A stretch of 63,808 nucleotides of DNA, the filler included, from an uncultured Gemmatimonadota bacterium (lineage in GTDB: Bacteria > Blakebacterota > Blakebacteria > Blakebacterales > Blakebacteraceae), in NCBI GenBank assembly GCA_964576115.1. It is 3 parts of 3 records of this genome, joined end to end, with 100 filler letters (N's around TTAATTAATTAA, not from the genome) between each part and the next. Parts side by side here need not be neighbours in the genome. Positions count along the whole stretch, not along the records: positions 27,355 to 54,302 come from CAZNUA010000047.1; positions 54,403 to 63,808 come from CAZNUA010000087.1; 1 more part is not named here. The stretch is one strand, 5' to 3'. A model generated the notes under the pieces. The model was not told where the DNA came from. It saw nothing but the letters and a program-made list of their open reading frames with translations, and made no database searches. The position numbers and the translations under genes were made by a program. Positions 46,288-54,812 of this stretch are shown here, piece by piece. The number at the start of each line of letters is the position of its first letter. Position 1 is the stretch's first letter.

Positions 46288-47049
46288 ATGAATGTAACGC
46301 GTCGACAGCTCACCTTCATCATCCTGAAACCGGACGGGACCAACTACACCCGGGAACTGACCGGGCGCTCCATCAGGATTCTCGTGACCGCCGGGACCCT
46401 GTTCCTGCTTGTTTGCGGAGGTCTCCTCTATACGGTTATCCATCAGCATGTGCGTCTGCGCCGTCTCTGGGCCGAGCATCAACTCCTCGTCGGACGTGAG
46501 ATCGTGGCTCTGGCACCCCGGCCGACGTCGGCCGGGGCCGTGCCCGGAGCCGCCGATCCGTCACCTGCAACCCGGGTCACGGAATCCGGCGGTGGTGGGG
46601 ATTCCCCAACCGCAGCACCGGACCAGAGTGCGGCAACGCCGGCCATCCGGTCGCAGACGGACCTGCAGGCACCGCCGCTGGATCAGGCACCTGCCCGGGT
46701 CGAGGCGTTCTCCCTGCTTCGCAACCAGAGCGGGATCGGCTGGGTTCTGGAGGCGCAACTGAGGAAGCGGGAATGGACCGGTGAGCTCCTGCAGGGTTAC
46801 ATTGCTGTCCTCATCGAAGACGGGCAGAGACCGGGCCGCTATTATACCATTCCCCCTCTGACGGTGGACGGCGGTTACCCTCTCTCGCCCCGGGCCGGGG
46901 ACAGCTTCGCGATCCGGCGGTTGAAACCACTGCATTTCGAATTCACCCTCCCCGAGGGGTTTCTCATGCGCGAGGTCAGAATCCTGGTGTACGATCGGGA
47001 GGGCACTCTTCTGGCCGAGCAGGCCTTTGCGGTCCAGGGCATGCAATGA
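46288..47049 (+). CDS. Hypothetical single-TM membrane protein
   Basis: N-terminal TM, Pro/Ala-rich linker, beta-rich C-terminal domain. Stop overlaps the next start (ATGA). Confidence 0.7.
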   Translation: MNVTRRQLTFIILKPDGTNYTRELTGRSIRILVTAGTLFLLVCGGLLYTVIHQHVRLRRLWAEHQLLVGREIVALAPRPTSAGAVPGAADPSPATRVTESGGGGDSPTAAPDQSAATPAIRSQTDLQAPPLDQAPARVEAFSLLRNQSGIGWVLEAQLRKREWTGELLQGYIAVLIEDGQRPGRYYTIPPLTVDGGYPLSPRAGDSFAIRRLKPLHFEFTLPEGFLMREVRILVYDREGTLLAEQAFAVQGMQ

Positions 47050-48890
47050 GAGGTCCGGCTACACTGTCTGTCGTGGTTCTCCTTCTGTTCGGCTCGACTG
47101 CCGGCACCGGTCACGGGGCCGGTCCCGGTTTTCTTTCCCGCGAACCGGCCGACACCGACGGTCCCGGTCGGACGCACCGCATTTTCTTCCCCGAAACCGA
47201 TCACGAACTGCACGTCTACGACATCAGGGGGCGGCAGGATGGTCCCACCCTGCTTATCATCGGCGGCATGCACGGCGACGAACCGGGGGGGTACCTGGCG
47301 GCTGATCTCTACGCCGATCTGACCCTGCGGCGGGGCAATCTGATCATCGTCCCGCGGGCCAATATCTACTCCATTCACGAGGACAGCCGCGGTGTGCGCG
47401 GCGACCTGAACCGCCAGTTCGGGGTTGAGCAGGGACACACAATCGATCGTCAGATAGCTGGTGTGCTCGAAAACCTCATGGCCGAATCGGATGCCGTGCT
47501 GAACCTGCACGACGGTTCCGGGTTCTACCGGCTGACCTGGGAGAGCGAGCGCCGCAATCCCGCCCGTTGGGGGCAGTCTGTCATCATCGATTCCGAGACC
47601 TTCACCCGGCCCGACGGACGCCGCTATGACCTGCTTGAGGCCGCTACGGCAGTGGTGGAGCGGGCCAATACCGCTATCGAGAATCCCGACCATGCCTTCG
47701 CCGTGAAGAACACTCTGACCTTCGACGACAACTCGCAGCACAAGGAGCAGCGGCGCTCGGCAACCTACTATGCCGTCAGCCGGATCGGCATCCCCGGCTT
47801 CGGGATCGAGACCTCCCAGGACATCGGTGACGAATCCCTCCGGGTGGCCTACCAGGTCTCGATCATCAACGCCTTTCTCGATCTCTTCGGGATCGTGCCC
47901 GATCACCCTCGCTTTGCGCTCGAAACCCCGGCTCTGCACTACCTGGCCGTCGCGGTCAACGGCGGTCCTTCAGTACTCGTCGAGGACGGCGACAGGCTGG
48001 CCCTGCCGCCGGGCACGCCGGTGACGATCACACACGTGGAAGCCAATTACGAGCGCGGGCTGATCGTGGATATCGAGGACGTGAACGGCTTCAATGATCT
48101 GGGGCGGACGGTACGGCTCGAGCGCGAGACCCGGGTTTCGGTCCGCAAGGACAAATACCCCTGCGGAGGGATTGTCCTCGGCGTTGATCCCGACGCCGAA
48201 CTTCCTCTGCTCTCCGCCCGGCGTGAACGGGGCACGCTCGAGATCGACGCCTTCCGCCTGGCTGTGAACGGCCGACCGGTGCTGCTCGAACCCGCTCGGA
48301 CGCTCCCGGTGCTCTGGGGCGATGAAGTGACTCTCGGCGAACCTCTCGCCAGGGGCAGCGGCGAGTACAAGATCAACTTCCGGGGTTTCGTGGGGAACGC
48401 CGTCAGCAACGACGGTGAGGACCGGGGCTACACCATCCGCACCGACCGCGACCTGCTGCAGCGCTTCAGTCTCAGCGAAGAAAGCGGCCGGTATGAAGTG
48501 CGGGCCGAGTTCGGAGGCTACATCCACGCCACCGCCTATGTCGACATCGTGGAACCGACGCTGACGTACCTCCTCGTTCAGGTCGGAACTGGCCCCCCCC
48601 GGGCGTTGGCCGACGGCGATACCCTGCGCGTCGTACGACATGACAGTTTGCGGATCACCGATGTTCTCACCCGCCCGGAAGCGGCCGACCGACTGACCGT
48701 CAATTTCCGCGGCTTCCCCGGACCCGCGGGGGCCGAAGACCGCGGCCTCGTCATCCATCCCGACACCGACCTGCTTCTCGGCTACAGCCTCCAGGGCCGG
48801 GGGCGGCTCTACGAGATCACCGTGACGCGCCGGGGCCTTCCGGTCGGTCGGGTGATCGTCTGTCTGGAAGAGGGGACAGGCGGCGGGTGA
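47046..48890 (+). CDS. M14/M99 family metallocarboxypeptidase (Csd4/Pgp1-like)
   Basis: GGMHGDEPGGY.AA, IVPRAN, DLNRQF, LNLHDGSGFY, NP.RWGQSVIID, FGIETS. Confidence 0.85.
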   Translation: MRGPATLSVVVLLLFGSTAGTGHGAGPGFLSREPADTDGPGRTHRIFFPETDHELHVYDIRGRQDGPTLLIIGGMHGDEPGGYLAADLYADLTLRRGNLIIVPRANIYSIHEDSRGVRGDLNRQFGVEQGHTIDRQIAGVLENLMAESDAVLNLHDGSGFYRLTWESERRNPARWGQSVIIDSETFTRPDGRRYDLLEAATAVVERANTAIENPDHAFAVKNTLTFDDNSQHKEQRRSATYYAVSRIGIPGFGIETSQDIGDESLRVAYQVSIINAFLDLFGIVPDHPRFALETPALHYLAVAVNGGPSVLVEDGDRLALPPGTPVTITHVEANYERGLIVDIEDVNGFNDLGRTVRLERETRVSVRKDKYPCGGIVLGVDPDAELPLLSARRERGTLEIDAFRLAVNGRPVLLEPARTLPVLWGDEVTLGEPLARGSGEYKINFRGFVGNAVSNDGEDRGYTIRTDRDLLQRFSLSEESGRYEVRAEFGGYIHATAYVDIVEPTLTYLLVQVGTGPPRALADGDTLRVVRHDSLRITDVLTRPEAADRLTVNFRGFPGPAGAEDRGLVIHPDTDLLLGYSLQGRGRLYEITVTRRGLPVGRVIVCLEEGTGGG

Positions 48891-50074
48891 TGGCGGTCGC
48901 CGGAGGCCGCCTGCTGGCCGGTTGCATGTCGGGTACGTCGGCCGACGGCATCGATACCGCTCTGCTTCGCCTCGACGGCAAACCGCTTACCCCCCGGTTC
49001 ACGCTTCTCGCCCGCCGTACCGATCCTTTCCCATCCGAAGTCCGCGAGCAGATCCTGGCCTGCGCCGAGGCGGGGCGGGCCTCGACCTCCGATCTCGCTG
49101 TGCTGCACGTCCGGCTGGGCGAACTCTACGCAGCTGCTCTGGTCCATCTCCTCGATCAGGCCGGTGTCGCGCCGGACCGTCTGGACGCCGTCGGTCTGCA
49201 CGGCCAGACCGTCTATCACGCTCCCGAGCGCGGTGTGAGCCTGCAGATCGGGTCGGCCGCGGTCGTCGCCGAACGGCTCGGCTGTGACGTGGTGTACGAT
49301 TTCCGCAGCCGGGATTTGGCGGCCGGAGGGCAGGGGGCACCCCTGGTCCCGTATGCCGATGCCGTTCTGTTCCGCAGCCCCGAAGCCGACCGGATCACCC
49401 TGAACCTCGGGGGTATCGCCAATCTGACCTGGCTGCCGGCGGGTCAGGGGCTGGCGGGCGTCTCCGGATTCGATACCGGACCGGGAAACATGATCATGGA
49501 TGCCCTGGTCGGTCTCGGAACACGTGGTGAGCAGAGCTTCGACCGTGGGGGAGCGATCGCTCGTGCCGGTACGGTCGTTCCCGAATTGCTCGAGGCCTGG
49601 CTCGATCATCCCTTCTTCGGAATTGCCCCTCCCCGCAGTACCGGTCGGGAGACGTTCGGGACCGTGTTCGTCGGACCGTTCTGGGAGCGCGAAAGTGCCC
49701 GGCACAGCCTTGCCGATCTGGTCCGGACCGCTCTGGAGTTGACCGTCGAAACGGTCGGCCGGGCGCACGAGCGGTGGCTCCCCGCACTCGAATCCGGTCA
49801 CCGGCGGGAGATGATCGTCTCCGGTGGCGGAGCCCGTAACCCCGTTCTCATGCAGCGGCTTGCCGAGCGGCTGGCGCCGGTCACAGTCATGACCAGCGAA
49901 GCCTATGATCTGCCGGTCGAAGCGCGGGAAGCGGTGGCTTTCGCCCTGCTCGCCGATGCCTGCCGGCACGGCGTACCGGCCGGTCTGCCGGCCGTGACCG
50001 GCGCCCGGCGGGCCTGTGTTCTCGGGGCCCTCGTCGCCGGTTCGCAGCAGTCCGCAACAGAAGGACAACCGTGA
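48887..50074 (+). CDS. anmK: Anhydro-N-acetylmuramic acid kinase
   Basis: MSGTSADGID, HGQTVYH, DFRSRD.AAGGQGAPLVP, NLGGIAN, FDTGPGN, STGRE.F, GGGARN. Confidence 0.96.
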   Translation: MMAVAGGRLLAGCMSGTSADGIDTALLRLDGKPLTPRFTLLARRTDPFPSEVREQILACAEAGRASTSDLAVLHVRLGELYAAALVHLLDQAGVAPDRLDAVGLHGQTVYHAPERGVSLQIGSAAVVAERLGCDVVYDFRSRDLAAGGQGAPLVPYADAVLFRSPEADRITLNLGGIANLTWLPAGQGLAGVSGFDTGPGNMIMDALVGLGTRGEQSFDRGGAIARAGTVVPELLEAWLDHPFFGIAPPRSTGRETFGTVFVGPFWERESARHSLADLVRTALELTVETVGRAHERWLPALESGHRREMIVSGGGARNPVLMQRLAERLAPVTVMTSEAYDLPVEAREAVAFALLADACRHGVPAGLPAVTGARRACVLGALVAGSQQSATEGQP

Positions 50075-51537
50075 GTGGAACCGATCTGACCGTGCTGATC
50101 GTCTATCTCGGGTTGACTCTCGGGCTCGGGCTCCGGCTCGGCGGGAGGCAGCGAACCGCAACCGATTACTTTCTCGGCGGTCGGCAACTGCCCTGGCTGG
50201 CGGTGGCCTTTTCGGTCGTCGCCACCGAGACCAGCACTCTGACCGTCATCAGCGTTCCCGGTCTGGCCTATGCGGGAGACATGACCTTCCTGCAACTGGC
50301 CTTCGGGTATGTGATCGGGCGGATCGTCATCGCGTTCCTGCTCCTGCCCGCATATGTGCGCGGCGAGGCTGAAACCGCCTATGCCTTTCTCGGATCCCGG
50401 TTCGGCCGCACCCCGCAGTCGACCGCCTCGGTCCTCTTTATCGTTACCCGGGTGCTGGCCGACGGAGTACGCCTGTTCGCGACCGCCATTCCCCTGGCCC
50501 TGATCACCGGCTGGTCGTACGGTCTCTGCATTCTGGCGATCGGTGCCATCACGGTGGCCTACACCTGGGCCGGAGGTATCCGTTCGGTGGTCTGGCTCGA
50601 TGCGCTCCAGCTCGTTCTCTACGTCGGCGGGGCGTTGATCGCTCTCTGGATTCTCCTGGTCGTGCTGGGTGGCTGGGAGGGAGTCGTGAGCCTGCTCCCG
50701 GCGGGCAAGCTCCGGGTCATCGATCCCGGTCTCGGCGAGGGACTGCGCGGCCTGTTGAGCGGCGGGTACCGCCTGCCCGCCGCGGTCGTGGGCGGAGCTT
50801 TCCTGAGCATGGCCAGTCACGGTACCGATCAGCTTCTGGTTCAGCGCCTGCTGGCTACCCGTGGATTGCGGCAGGCCCAGGCGGCCTTGATCGCCAGCGG
50901 TGTACTGGTGGTGCTGCAGTTCGCGCTCTTCCTGGTTCTGGGGGCGACCCTGCACGCCTTTTACGCCGGGGCGGCGATGCCCTCCGATGAGGTCTTCCCC
51001 CGCTTCATCGTCGAGGCTCTGCCGCCGGGCCTGTCGGGGCTGATGCTGGCGGCCATTTTCGCCGCCGCCATGAGCACGTTGAGTTCGAGCCTCAATTCCC
51101 TGGCCAGCAGCACCGTCTTCGATCTGGGGCGCCGGCGGTCCAGCCGAATGGCCGCAGAGACCGACCGCGACCTGCGGCGGGGCCGGCTGAGTACTCTTCT
51201 CTGGGCGGTCGTGCTCGTCGGCGGCGCCATGCTCTTCCGTTCGACCGAAAACCCTGTGGTCGAGATCGGTCTCTCGATCGCGTCGGTCACCTATGGCGGT
51301 TTCCTGGGTGTCTTTCTGCTCGGTCGGTTGACCCGGGTGCCCGGCGAACGGGCGGCGATGGTCGCTCTGCTCGGCGGGGTTGTCACGGCCGGCGCCCTGG
51401 CGCTGGGGACCAACCTCTTCTGGGTCTGGCTGGTGCCCTTCGGTTGCACCGTTTCGTTTACTCTCGGCTGGTTCGTCGGACGTCTGCCACATGCCGCGGC
51501 TCCACCGCCGACCGAGGTGTCGGAAAGGACATTCTGA
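50071..51537 (+). CDS. Sodium:solute symporter (SSS/SLC5)
   Basis: DYFLGGR.LPW, S.VATETS, GGIRSVVW.D..Q, GTDQ..VQRLL, AAAMSTLSSSLNS. Confidence 0.92.
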   Translation: MSGTDLTVLIVYLGLTLGLGLRLGGRQRTATDYFLGGRQLPWLAVAFSVVATETSTLTVISVPGLAYAGDMTFLQLAFGYVIGRIVIAFLLLPAYVRGEAETAYAFLGSRFGRTPQSTASVLFIVTRVLADGVRLFATAIPLALITGWSYGLCILAIGAITVAYTWAGGIRSVVWLDALQLVLYVGGALIALWILLVVLGGWEGVVSLLPAGKLRVIDPGLGEGLRGLLSGGYRLPAAVVGGAFLSMASHGTDQLLVQRLLATRGLRQAQAALIASGVLVVLQFALFLVLGATLHAFYAGAAMPSDEVFPRFIVEALPPGLSGLMLAAIFAAAMSTLSSSLNSLASSTVFDLGRRRSSRMAAETDRDLRRGRLSTLLWAVVLVGGAMLFRSTENPVVEIGLSIASVTYGGFLGVFLLGRLTRVPGERAAMVALLGGVVTAGALALGTNLFWVWLVPFGCTVSFTLGWFVGRLPHAAAPPPTEVSERTF

Positions 51538-54152
51538 TGATGACACACACTGCGATCCGCTCGCTCCGGAACCCGATCGACGGGTATCCCGTTCTCCCGG
51601 TACTCGTCTGTGCGATCGTCCTGTGCCTGTCCGGTCCGGCGAAGAGTCAGGGGCAGACGGGTGGTGACCCTTTCCCCACCATCGAGACGAAGACCGCCGG
51701 CATGACGGCCAGGCCCGGTTTCTTCACCCTCTATTGGGATGAAGCCACCGGTCATCTCTTCTGGGAAATCGATCGTTTCGAAGAAGAATTTCTCTACGCG
51801 GTCTCCCTGGCGGCCGGACTGGGCAGCAATCCGGTCGGGCTCGACCGCGGACAGCTGGGATCCAGTCACATCCTCTTCGCCCGGCGGGTCGGTCCCCGGG
51901 TGTTGCTGATCGAACCGAACTACGGCTTCCGGGCCACCCACGACGATCGGGCCGTAGCCCGGGCGGTTTCCGAAACCTTTGCTCCTTCGACCCTCTGGGG
52001 CTTTCCGATTGCAGCCGAGACCGGGGAGCGGGTTCTGGTCGATGCCACCGATTTCTTCATGCAGGATGCCCACGGCGCCGCCGCCCGGCTATCGGGGGGC
52101 GGGGCTGTCTACCGGCTTGATCCGAGCCGCAGCGTCTTTCACCTGTCCCGCACGAAGGTCTTCGACTTCAACTGCGAGATCGAAACCTGGTTGACATTCA
52201 CTGCCGTCGGGGCGAACCGCGAAATCCGCGGCAATGCTCCCAGTGCCAACGCAGTCACCCTGCGTGAGCACCATTCTCTGGTCGAACTTCCCGGGCCGGG
52301 CTATGAGCCGCGCGAGGCCGATCCCCGGGTCAGCGCCGGGGCCATCACCGTGCACGATTTCGGCGCCGCGGTCGACGAGCCGATCGTGCGCCGCTATGTG
52401 CGTCGTCACCGACTCATCAAGCGCAATCCGCGCGCGGCGAGATCGGAGCCGGTCGAACCGATCGTCTACTACGTCGATCCGGGAGCCCCCGAACCGATCC
52501 GCACAGCGCTCGTCGAGGGGGCGGCCTGGTGGAACGAAGCGTTTGAATTCGCCGGTTTCATCGACGCTTTCCAGGTGCGGGTACTGCCCGACGGAGCCGA
52601 CCCCCAGGACCTGCGCTACAACATGATCCATTTCACCAACCGTTCCGAACGGGGCTGGTCGTACGGCGGCTCGGTCATAGACCCGCGTACCGGCGAGATC
52701 ATCAAGGGCAATGTCAACCTGGGGGCTCTACGCCTGCGTCAGGATCAGCTCCTGGCCCGGGGATTGGTGCCGCAGTTCGCGTCCGCAGCCGGCGTGGCGA
52801 CCGACTGGAGCCTGGCGGGTCTCGAGGCCTCTGACGGTCCCGATGCCGGTTACCTGGCGGCCTTTGACCCGGCCACCGATGCGGTTGAACTGGCCCTGGC
52901 CCGCGTGCGTCAGCTCTCCTGCCACGAGGTGGGCCATACTCTCGGTTTCGGACACAACTACGCCGCCAGCACCTGCGGGCGGGCGAGTGTAATGGATTAT
53001 CCGGCCCCGACGGTGACAATCACCCGTGGCCGTATCGATCTTTCGGACGCCTACCCGGTCGGAGTGGGGGAATATGACAAGTACGCCGTGAAGTGGCTCT
53101 ACGCCGAGTTCGGCCCCGGCGCCGACGAGCAGACCGAACTCGACCGGATCATCCACGAACGGATCGAAGCAGGCATCCGCTATGCGGCCGACGCCGAGGC
53201 CACCCCGATGGGGGCCGCTCACCCCTTTGCGGCCCAGTGGGACAACGGTGCCGATCCGGCCGCCTACCTCGAACACGAGATCGAGGTGCGCCGGCTCGGG
53301 CTGGAGGCTTTCGGCGAGGCCAATGTCCGACCGGGCTCGCCCCTGGCGGCGCTCGAAGAGGTGCTGGTGCCGCTCTACCTGCACCACCGGTACCAGGTCA
53401 AAGCCGCCGCCCACTCGATCGGCGGGGCGCTCTACGAATACGCCCTGCGTGGAGACGGGCAGACTCCGCTCGAGATCGTTGCACCGGAGAAGCAGCGGGA
53501 AGCCCTGGCCCTCGTTCTGGCAACCCTCGAGCCCGATTTTCTGGCTCTACCGGAGCGGATCCTGGCTCTGATTCCTCCCCGGGCTGCAGGGATGATTCGC
53601 GGCGAGACCTTTACGTCGAGCACCGCTCCCCTGCTCGATCCGATCGGCATGGCGGCCACCGCGGCCGATCTGACAACGGCCCTGATCGTGCAGCCCGAGC
53701 GGATGGCCCGGCTCGTCACCTTCCATGCCCGTCAGGATCGCTACCCGGGTCTGGAGGAGGTCATCGAGGCTCTGCTCGATGCGACCTGGTACGCTCCGGT
53801 GCCGGATGACGCCTACCGGACGAAAATCCTCGAGGCGGTGCAACAGGTCGTTCTCGACCGGCTGACAGGCGCCGCGGGAAGCGCGGGGTGCACCCCGGCT
53901 GTTCGGGCGGTCCTCAACGCCGAACTCCACGCTCTCTTCGACCGGATCGAGGCCCAGACCGACCGCAGTCCCTTTCGTCAGTTGGCTCTCGAGGAACTGG
54001 CTCGCTGGTTCGCCCGGCCGGAAGGTCTCACTCCTGCGAGCGGGGTACCCCCGATCCCGCAGGGGAGTCCGATCGGCACCCTGCCCCCGCCGGCTGTCCC
54101 GCCGGGGAGCCCGATCGGCGCCGTGTCCCCCCCGGCTGTCCCTCTTGTGTGA
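51537..54152 (+). CDS. Zinc-dependent metalloprotease (DUF5117/DUF4953, EcxA-like)
   Basis: PIVYYVD, W..AFE.AGF, D.RYN.I, DPRTGEII, HEVGHTLGFGHN, ASVMDYP Met-turn, C-terminal PPGSPIG. Confidence 0.9.
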   Translation: MMTHTAIRSLRNPIDGYPVLPVLVCAIVLCLSGPAKSQGQTGGDPFPTIETKTAGMTARPGFFTLYWDEATGHLFWEIDRFEEEFLYAVSLAAGLGSNPVGLDRGQLGSSHILFARRVGPRVLLIEPNYGFRATHDDRAVARAVSETFAPSTLWGFPIAAETGERVLVDATDFFMQDAHGAAARLSGGGAVYRLDPSRSVFHLSRTKVFDFNCEIETWLTFTAVGANREIRGNAPSANAVTLREHHSLVELPGPGYEPREADPRVSAGAITVHDFGAAVDEPIVRRYVRRHRLIKRNPRAARSEPVEPIVYYVDPGAPEPIRTALVEGAAWWNEAFEFAGFIDAFQVRVLPDGADPQDLRYNMIHFTNRSERGWSYGGSVIDPRTGEIIKGNVNLGALRLRQDQLLARGLVPQFASAAGVATDWSLAGLEASDGPDAGYLAAFDPATDAVELALARVRQLSCHEVGHTLGFGHNYAASTCGRASVMDYPAPTVTITRGRIDLSDAYPVGVGEYDKYAVKWLYAEFGPGADEQTELDRIIHERIEAGIRYAADAEATPMGAAHPFAAQWDNGADPAAYLEHEIEVRRLGLEAFGEANVRPGSPLAALEEVLVPLYLHHRYQVKAAAHSIGGALYEYALRGDGQTPLEIVAPEKQREALALVLATLEPDFLALPERILALIPPRAAGMIRGETFTSSTAPLLDPIGMAATAADLTTALIVQPERMARLVTFHARQDRYPGLEEVIEALLDATWYAPVPDDAYRTKILEAVQQVVLDRLTGAAGSAGCTPAVRAVLNAELHALFDRIEAQTDRSPFRQLALEELARWFARPEGLTPASGVPPIPQGSPIGTLPPPAVPPGSPIGAVSPPAVPLV

Positions 54153-54257
54153 TCGAGGGGCGAGCGCAGACTGCAGCCGATGGATTACTCCGACAGGCTC
54201 CAGACAGAGCGAAGACGCGCAAGGGCGTCCGAAGGCACGGGAAGGAACACTGAGCGG

Positions 54258-54302
54258 ATGAAACGCCGGGAATTCATCGAACGAACCGCTGCCGGGAGTG
54301 CC
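54258..54302 (+). CDS. N-terminal fragment of a Tat-signal protein (cut by linker)
   Basis: MKRREFIERTAAGSA after the SD AAGGA. Confidence 0.55.
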
Positions 54303-54402
54303 NNNNNNNNNNNNNNNNNNNNNNNNNNNNNNNNNNNNNNNNNNNNTTAATTAATTAANNNNNNNNNNNNNNNNNNNNNNNNNNNNNNNNNNNNNNNNNN
54401 NN
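54303..54402. other. Artificial contig linker
   Basis: N44-TTAATTAATTAA-N44. Confidence 0.97.
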
Positions 54403-54403
54403 G

Positions 54404-54610
54404 TTCCGCATCCACGGGGTGAGCGCCGAGTACGTGCGCGGTCTGAACGGTATGGGCTTCCGGAACGTTCCGGCCGAACAGCTCGTCAAGGCGCGGATCT
54501 ACGGCGTGTCGCTGGAGTACATCCGATACGTGCGCGAGGAACGCGGACTGACCGATCTCGATCTGGAAGAGATCATCAAGCTGAAGAAGTACAACATCAT
54601 CAAACCCTGA
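54404..54610 (+). CDS. C-terminal fragment of a helical repeat protein
   Basis: Two repeats, RIHGVSAEYVR... and RIYGVSLEYIR..., open from the contig start. Confidence 0.6.
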   Translation, partial: FRIHGVSAEYVRGLNGMGFRNVPAEQLVKARIYGVSLEYIRYVREERGLTDLDLEEIIKLKKYNIIKP

Positions 54611-54812
54611 AGGGGATGGTCCGGCCGACCCGACCGGACCGACTCTTCATGGTCCGGGGCGGCTGCCCGGCGGCAGGTCATGGTCGATCCAGATCGCCGG
54701 GGGCCGCCCCTCCCCCCCTGATTTTCCTTCACCATTGTCCGGACAATCGCTGAGCGGGTGAGGGAGTGCTGAGCCCCGGCCAGGAACGTAACAGGCCGCG
54801 GCACGTGCCGGT

